From IMG/VR virus record IMGVR_UViG_3300047160_009070, positions 31,320-95,319 of that record: a stretch of 64,000 bases of DNA. The stretch is one strand, 5' to 3'. Positions 58,453 to 64,000 of this stretch are shown piece by piece. A program made the position numbers and the translations under genes. How positions within the stretch are numbered: position 1 is the stretch's first letter; the number at the start of each line of letters is the position of its first letter. The stretch is from a virus. The notes beneath the pieces were generated by a model, which was not told the DNA's origin, ran no database searches, and saw only the letters and a list, made by a program, of their open reading frames with translations.

Positions 58453-58481
58453 TGGACTTCTGACCGGCCATCCGTCATACT
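58453..58481 (+). promoter_or_regulatory. Promoter TGGACT-N17-CATACT (conserved-spacer family)
   Basis: Spacer tctgaccggccatccgt. Confidence 0.75.
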
Positions 58482-58520
58482 TCCAGTATTGGAGTATTGA
58501 CTTCAAAGGAAAGGAGGCGC

Positions 58521-59645
58521 ATGGATCACACCATGCAGCCGATGCTCTGCGTGCAGGGCGAGCAGGGCATGGTGTTCGACGAGGACACCTGGATTTGCGA
58601 GGGCAAGTGGGACGGCTTCCGAGCGATCGCCCACAGGGACATAGACGGCAGGGTTCATCTGTACACGGGGCGCAACAGCGCCGACTACACCGGCCATCTT
58701 CCCTACCTCGACGAGTCGCTTGAGGGGATTCTGCCGCGCGACACCGTCGTCGACGGCGAGTTGATCTCCCCGAACGGGCGGGCGGCGGTGCAGTCGGTGA
58801 TGTTCACCGGCTGGCCGCACGAACCGTCCAGGGGGCTGCCGGCGTTGACGCTGGTGACGTTCGATGTGCTCAGGGACACCGGCGCCGACGTTCGCCGGTG
58901 CACGTGGGAGCGGCGGCGCAGGATGCTGGAGTTGATCGGACGGGACGGCGAGGTCGTCAGACCGTCGATGCTGCTGCCGGTCGACACCGGCCTGCAGGTG
59001 GCGTTGGACGCCGGCCTTGAGGGTGTGGTGTTCAAGCGCCGCAACTCGGTGTACCACAACAGCCGCAACTCGGCGTGGATTAAGCTGAAGCCGCAAAAGA
59101 CGTGCGAGGCCCGGGTGGTCGGGTTCAAGCCCGGCAAGAAGGGCGGGGCGCTGGACGGGATGGTCGGCGCGTTCGAGGTCATCCTGCTGGACAACGGTGC
59201 CAGGACGACTGTGAAGTGTGGCACCGACGCACGCCACCTCGAGGCGACCGAGCATCCCGAAAGGTGGCTCGGCGCGATCATCGAGATCAAGCATCACGGT
59301 CTACAGGAGAGCGGCGTGCCGTTGCACCCGCAGTATCTGCAGCGCCGTGAGGACCGGGAGCCCGTCAACGATGACCCGGTTCTACGCGAGCACCTCGGCG
59401 TCGGCGCGGCTGCGCTGCGGGCAGTCAGACCACCACAGGAAAGGATGAGCAGGATGACGGCAACAGGACACACCAACTGGATGCGGAACTATGCGGCGAT
59501 GGGGCTCTCGAAGCTCGAGGGTGTCGTCGCCGAGCTCCGTGACGAGAACGGCGACGCGTACGAGCGGGTGTTGGCGCACGGCGCCGACCCGGCTGCGCAT
59601 CTCGAGGTCGCCGAACAGGCGCTCCAGCACAAGAGCGCGGCATGA
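58521..59645 (+). CDS. ATP-dependent DNA ligase (adenylation + OB domains) with C-terminal extension
   Basis: EGKWDGFR (I), VVDGEL (III), TFDVL (IIIa), EGVVFK (IV), WIKLK (V), HPQY..RREDR (VI); RBS AAAGGAGG. Confidence 0.9.
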   Translation: MDHTMQPMLCVQGEQGMVFDEDTWICEGKWDGFRAIAHRDIDGRVHLYTGRNSADYTGHLPYLDESLEGILPRDTVVDGELISPNGRAAVQSVMFTGWPHEPSRGLPALTLVTFDVLRDTGADVRRCTWERRRRMLELIGRDGEVVRPSMLLPVDTGLQVALDAGLEGVVFKRRNSVYHNSRNSAWIKLKPQKTCEARVVGFKPGKKGGALDGMVGAFEVILLDNGARTTVKCGTDARHLEATEHPERWLGAIIEIKHHGLQESGVPLHPQYLQRREDREPVNDDPVLREHLGVGAAALRAVRPPQERMSRMTATGHTNWMRNYAAMGLSKLEGVVAELRDENGDAYERVLAHGADPAAHLEVAEQALQHKSAA

Positions 59646-60112
59646 AGCGTGGTGCTGCTCTGATAGCGCTGCCTCTGGCGATCGCGGCGTGCGGCGGCGG
59701 GTCCACCAACTCGTCGTCGCACACCACCACCCATCACCCGTCGGTTGCGGCGGAGGTGAACCGGGTGAAGGCGCTCGGCCTGTGCCTCGAGGTTCGTGCC
59801 GGCACACAGTCGCTGCTGACCGACTGGAAGCCTGTGCAGTCAGCGATCAACGCCGGCGACATGCAGCCGGACACCACAGCGCTCCAGCACGACGTAACCC
59901 AGCTGGGCAACAACGTGACCGCGCTGCGTGATCTCGCGACGAACGCGACCGACCAGGCGCATCTCGCGGCGGACACCGCCGCGCTCGGGCAGCTCGAGGT
60001 CGGTTTTCAGGACATGGCGTCCGGTGACATGACGGACGCGCTGACGTCCATCCAGGCCGGTTCGGCGGGGATCGCCGGGTTCGGCACCAACACCATCCAC
60101 ATCTGCCGGTGA
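59642..60112 (+). CDS. Lipoprotein
   Basis: Signal peptide II with lipobox IAAC followed by GGGS and a Ser/Thr linker. Confidence 0.75.
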   Translation: MKRGAALIALPLAIAACGGGSTNSSSHTTTHHPSVAAEVNRVKALGLCLEVRAGTQSLLTDWKPVQSAINAGDMQPDTTALQHDVTQLGNNVTALRDLATNATDQAHLAADTAALGQLEVGFQDMASGDMTDALTSIQAGSAGIAGFGTNTIHICR

Positions 60113-60342
60113 GCAAGCTCTGCGAGAACTGTGGCCACCCGCTGCCGAACGCGGCGGGTGGCGGCCTGTACTGCACTCGCTGCGGGGAGCCGGTCGCCAA
60201 GAACATGGCCACGATCCCGGCGGCAGCCGAGGGCATCATCGTGTTGGGGCCGAGTGCGAGTGCAGAAGAGGTTAGTGACCTGGCTGACGATGCAAGCGAA
60301 GTCACCTACGAGGACGACAACCTCGACCTGAGTCATGAGTGA
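60109..60342 (+). CDS. Zn-ribbon hypothetical protein
   Basis: CENCG...YCTRCG. Confidence 0.5.
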   Translation: MSKLCENCGHPLPNAAGGGLYCTRCGEPVAKNMATIPAAAEGIIVLGPSASAEEVSDLADDASEVTYEDDNLDLSHE

Positions 60343-60424
60343 CACCTCGCTGCGCGAGGCTTCCGCCATCGTCGGCGGCGCCGGTCGCAAGCCGAAACCC
60401 AAGCCGAAATAAGCGGCGGGGAAT

Positions 60425-60453
60425 TGGACACCCGACCGGCTGTCCGTCATACT
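60425..60453 (+). promoter_or_regulatory. Promoter TGGACA-N17-CATACT (conserved-spacer family)
   Basis: Spacer cccgaccggctgtccgt. Confidence 0.8.
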
Positions 60454-60511
60454 GTTGCTATACCCGATGCTGTGGTCGCCGCGGCGTTTACCGGCGACGG
60501 AAAGGAGGACC

Positions 60512-62539
60512 ATGACTGCCCGCTATCCCGGCACCTGCGTCCGTTGCAAGAAGCCGATCGTGAAGGGGCAGCTGATCGGTGGCGAGAGCCGCGCCTATTT
60601 TCACGAGAACTGCGACGCCCCGGGTGCGAGGATCGAGAATCCGGGGCTTCCGGCGTCCGCGAAGCAGAAGTCGCTGATCGGCGAACTGCTGGACGAGCGC
60701 GAGTTCACGATGGGCGAGGCGTCGACGCTGATCGACTATCTGATGAAGAAACCGAAGCGCCAGGGTCTGGCAGCTCGGCTGGAGGCGGTCGCATGAACGA
60801 TGTACTCACGACTCATGAGCAGTGGATGGTCGCCAGCAACCTCGAAACGGTCCGCAAGACCGGCGTGACGTTGCAGGAGCAGGCTGCTGTCCTCCGCGCC
60901 AACGGCTATTTCCGGGTAGCGGATGCCGTCGAGGCCGCCGAGCCATCAGCCAACACGATCGGCCAGCGCGTGCGTGTCCTGATCGACGAGCAGCGCACCG
61001 AGTCGTGGCGGCCGGAGTACCGGGCGAACGTCAGCGAGGAGCAGGGACTCGGCGTGCTGATCTCCCGCTACTTCGACTGGAACGGCGACCGCATTCTCAA
61101 GACGGCCGTCGCCGCGCTCGAGGATGCGAACTTCCACCGCGAGGCGGCGGCGGTCCAGAAACTGATCGACGAGGTTGACGAGGAGGATCCTGATGGGTCT
61201 GCGGGTTGACATCTACCGCCGCAATGGCCGCAACGGCTGGCGCGACGATCGCAATGTGTTCTCCGGCGTTGACGAGTTGACGCTGGTGAACGTCTCCGGC
61301 CCGTCCGAGCCCCACCCGGACGCGCCGGCTGCCAAGTTGGTGAAGCGCGAAGGTGGCCGTGGCGGGGTGACGTGGCATGTCGAGCCGGTCGAGCAGCCGG
61401 ACGCGCTCGGCCCGATGATGGGCGGCGACTATGTGGGTTGCGCCGACAGCCGGTTCGCGATAGCGATCGACTGGTACGGCGCGGTGGCTCTGCACGACCA
61501 TTTCGAGACGGCGGAGCAGTACGCGAGCATCACGAGAGGGGACTGATGGCTGAGCACAGGATCACCAGGGCGAAGATCGTCAAGGACCGGAACGCGTTCC
61601 TTGGCGGAAGGGCGTCGGTGAACGTGACGTATGAGGGTGGTGCGACCGAGCCGTTGTTCGGCTTCTACACCGACGAGTTGTCGTTCACCGAGCAGGAGTT
61701 CGTCGGCAAGACACGCGACCAGGCGCTGCGGCTGCATTTCGACCGCGATCTCGCGTATCTGAGGTCGTAGCGATGGGTGCACACGACTTCACGAAGTTCG
61801 TGCCCGGCGAGCAGGACGCGTCGACCGCCTACAAGCAGGCGGTCGACCAAGCGCTCTTTGAGCATCAAGGATACGATCCGTACAACGGCACGATCTCGAC
61901 CACCGAGGGGTTCATGGTGGTCCGTGGCTACAAGCTGTCGATGGACGAGGCGCGAGCTCTGGCCGCGTCCTACTGGGTGTGGGAGGCCGAGGAGATCGAC
62001 TACGAGGCTGGTGACTATGAGCGTGCTCGCCGCGAGCACGAGTCCAGAAACCCGCTCGGCGCCCACCGTGTCTTGGAAAAGTGGGGGGCGTGCGCGGCGG
62101 TGCAGATCGATGGGGGCACGCCAGGATGGCTGTTCTTCGGGATCGCGGCGTCATGAGTTGGCTTGACCCCGAGAACGATCCGCTCGCCGAATGCGATCGG
62201 TGGCCGTCCATCCCGGCGTTCTATGCGGCCGACCGGCGCCGGGAGCGTTCGCCGGAGGTGGACTTCGGCATACAGTGGCGCGTCCACGGCCAGGGATGGC
62301 CTTTGTGGCGCGTCAGCTTCATCAAGGACACCGGGGAGGTGTATGCGGTGGCGCTCGGGCCGGTGAACACGGTGCTGCTGCTCGGCACGTTCCCGGTCAC
62401 CGGCTTCGACGCCGACGTCTACTACCGGGATCTCGACGAGCATCTCGCTGGCTGGCCTACCCATCATGATGTGGAGTGGGTGCAGTACATGCTCACCGAA
62501 CATCCACGCGCGTCTCTGCCGGGCGCTGATGTAGGCTGA
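60512..62539 (+). other. Run of small hypothetical CDS (60512-60796, 60793-61209, 61193-61546, 61546-61770, 61773-62156, 62153-62539)
   Basis: Coupled ORFs with RBSs downstream of the 60425 promoter. Confidence 0.65.
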
Positions 62540-62567
62540 CGCCCGTCAACCCGCCGAAGGAGGCGAC

Positions 62568-62891
62568 ATGCCGATCACTCTTGGAGCAGCAACAGCAAGC
62601 CCGGCCGTCGTCGCCCCAGGCGGCGGCCCTGCCGGCACGTCACAGCTGGCTGTGGCGGTCACCGACCCGGACTCGACGGTGCATGTCACGTTCGCCTCGA
62701 GTGCCGGCAAGTCGAGTGCGACGGTCACGGTGCATCCGGCGGACGTGAACTCTGTGGACCCGAACGATCTGGACCCGGCTACGGGCCTTGCGACTTCGCC
62801 GCACAAGATCGTGTGCACCGTCGACCGCACCGACTTGGCGACCGTGGCTGCTGGTGCGACGGCGGGGCAGTTCACGCTGACGACGGTCTGA
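62568..62891 (+). CDS. Ala/Thr/Val-rich beta-sandwich-like protein
   Basis: RBS AAGGAGG; composition resembles 46919-47266. Confidence 0.6.
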   Translation: MPITLGAATASPAVVAPGGGPAGTSQLAVAVTDPDSTVHVTFASSAGKSSATVTVHPADVNSVDPNDLDPATGLATSPHKIVCTVDRTDLATVAAGATAGQFTLTTV

Positions 62892-63094
62892 TGGCCGACG
62901 AAGCTCCCGCCGACGAGCTGGCTGCGGCACCGCCCCCCGGCTGCATCCAGATCCTGTTCGTCGAACCGAACTCGCATCCAACTCCGGCGCAGATCAACTA
63001 TGCACAGGTGGTGGTGTACATGCACAATCTGCCGACGCTGCATTACAACGTGACGAAGAACACGACCGGCTACCCGATCACGGTCACGCCATGA
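62891..63094 (+). CDS. Hypothetical protein
   Basis: TGATG/ATGA-coupled (MADEAPADEL...). Confidence 0.5.
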   Translation: MADEAPADELAAAPPPGCIQILFVEPNSHPTPAQINYAQVVVYMHNLPTLHYNVTKNTTGYPITVTP

Positions 63095-64000
63095 GCGCGA
63101 TCACCGCCACGTTCGCGTCGGCGACCGAGAAGGTGACGGTCCCCGTCACCGTCCAGAAACCGGCTCCGCCCCCGCCTCCTCCGCCTCCTCCGTCCGGCAA
63201 CCGGCTGATCTTCAACATCACCACGTTCATCGGCTCCTACGCCGGGACGGCGGCACAGTCGGTGCTGCACGACCGCGAGTACGTCATCCAGGGCGACGTC
63301 GGCGGCAAGGCGATGGCCAGAGCTCTGAAGGCGGCGGACCCGAACGTGGTGACATTGCATTACGTCAACCCGCCGTGGGGGTTCAGGCCGTCTGACTGCT
63401 CCGCGATCGGCCGCAGCGTCCCGTTCACCGGCAGCTACCCGGTCGCCGCGGACACCGCCTGGAACAACGGCTGGCAGCTGAAGAACGCAGCCGGACGCCC
63501 GCTGTACGTGAAGGCGGCGCACGGCGCGTTCTACTACGACTTGTCGATTCCTGCTCTGCAGCAGGCGTACGCGCAGGCGTGCATCAACATGCTGAACGCC
63601 GACAACGCTGTGGCGCCGACGTGGAGCGGCCTGATGTTCGACGACCACTCCACGTACGTCACCGGCAGCCCGTCGACCGACTGGTGGAACGGCGTCGACC
63701 AAGCGTCGTACATGTCGCCGATCGGGGACGGGACGCTGGCGCAGACGTCGAACGCCAAGAACCCGGGCGCGAACACCCACCCGTACCTGCCGGCAGGCTG
63801 TGACACCGCCTCCGCGACGGCGTTCACGCTGACCGGCTGGATGCAGGACTTCTTCAGCGAATGGCTGTCAAAGGTCGTGCCCACCATCCATGCGGCTGGC
63901 TACAAGGTGTTCGCGAACGTCGCCGCATGGGCTCCCGCCGGCGGCGTCACCGGATACGACGGGACACCACGCCTCCCGCCGTTCGACGATCTCGCGCGCC
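63091..64000 (+). CDS. Partial poly-Pro + putative TIM-barrel glycoside hydrolase (3'-truncated, absent from the ORF track)
   Basis: ATG 63091; KPAPPPPPPPPPSG; ALKAADPNVVTLHY...WQLKNAAG...YYDLS.P...WSGLMFDD; open to the window end. Confidence 0.6.
   Translation, partial: MSAITATFASATEKVTVPVTVQKPAPPPPPPPPPSGNRLIFNITTFIGSYAGTAAQSVLHDREYVIQGDVGGKAMARALKAADPNVVTLHYVNPPWGFRPSDCSAIGRSVPFTGSYPVAADTAWNNGWQLKNAAGRPLYVKAAHGAFYYDLSIPALQQAYAQACINMLNADNAVAPTWSGLMFDDHSTYVTGSPSTDWWNGVDQASYMSPIGDGTLAQTSNAKNPGANTHPYLPAGCDTASATAFTLTGWMQDFFSEWLSKVVPTIHAAGYKVFANVAAWAPAGGVTGYDGTPRLPPFDDLAR

Noticed and set aside
1-64000. Integrase/att site, tRNA genes, terminase and capsid genes
   Set aside because: None recognised in this window, so lifestyle and packaging mode cannot be determined here.

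Overview
The window is a continuous segment of a high-GC tailed dsDNA phage or prophage (siphovirus-like). The host is probably in Actinomycetota, inferred from GC content, an Rpf-like transglycosylase, Ku and actinophage-type gene families. Almost all genes are on the + strand. Layout: tail module with a 2.5k-aa tape measure protein and glycan-binding minor tail proteins (1-20.6 kb); lysis-like pair (20.6-21.9 kb); replication/recombination genes (RepA-like helicase, Cas4-like nuclease, Sak4-like ATPase, SSB, Prim-Pol; 22-34.6 kb); a modification island (34.6-45.8 kb) with two DNA methyltransferases, NDP-sugar enzymes, GT2 glycosyltransferases, a YhhQ transporter and a DpdA/TGT-like protein; an RNase H, collagen and putative ncRNA region (46-49.5 kb); and promoter-driven runs of small early genes that include HNH, Ku and an ATP-dependent ligase (49.6-64 kb). 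The strongest unusual signals are: (1) two core genes appear to need ribosomal recoding at a stop codon, a 10-nt Pro-to-Pro hop that rebuilds the Sak4 Walker A motif and an RF2-like CTT-TGA-C site at codon 5 of the tape measure gene; (2) a deazaguanine-insertion module embedded in a sugar-synthesis and glycosylation operon; (3) a C5 methyltransferase split over two nested reading frames; (4) a hairpin RNA whose loop is 13-nt complementary to the start of the Cas4-like gene. All family calls come from motif recognition by eye, with no database search.
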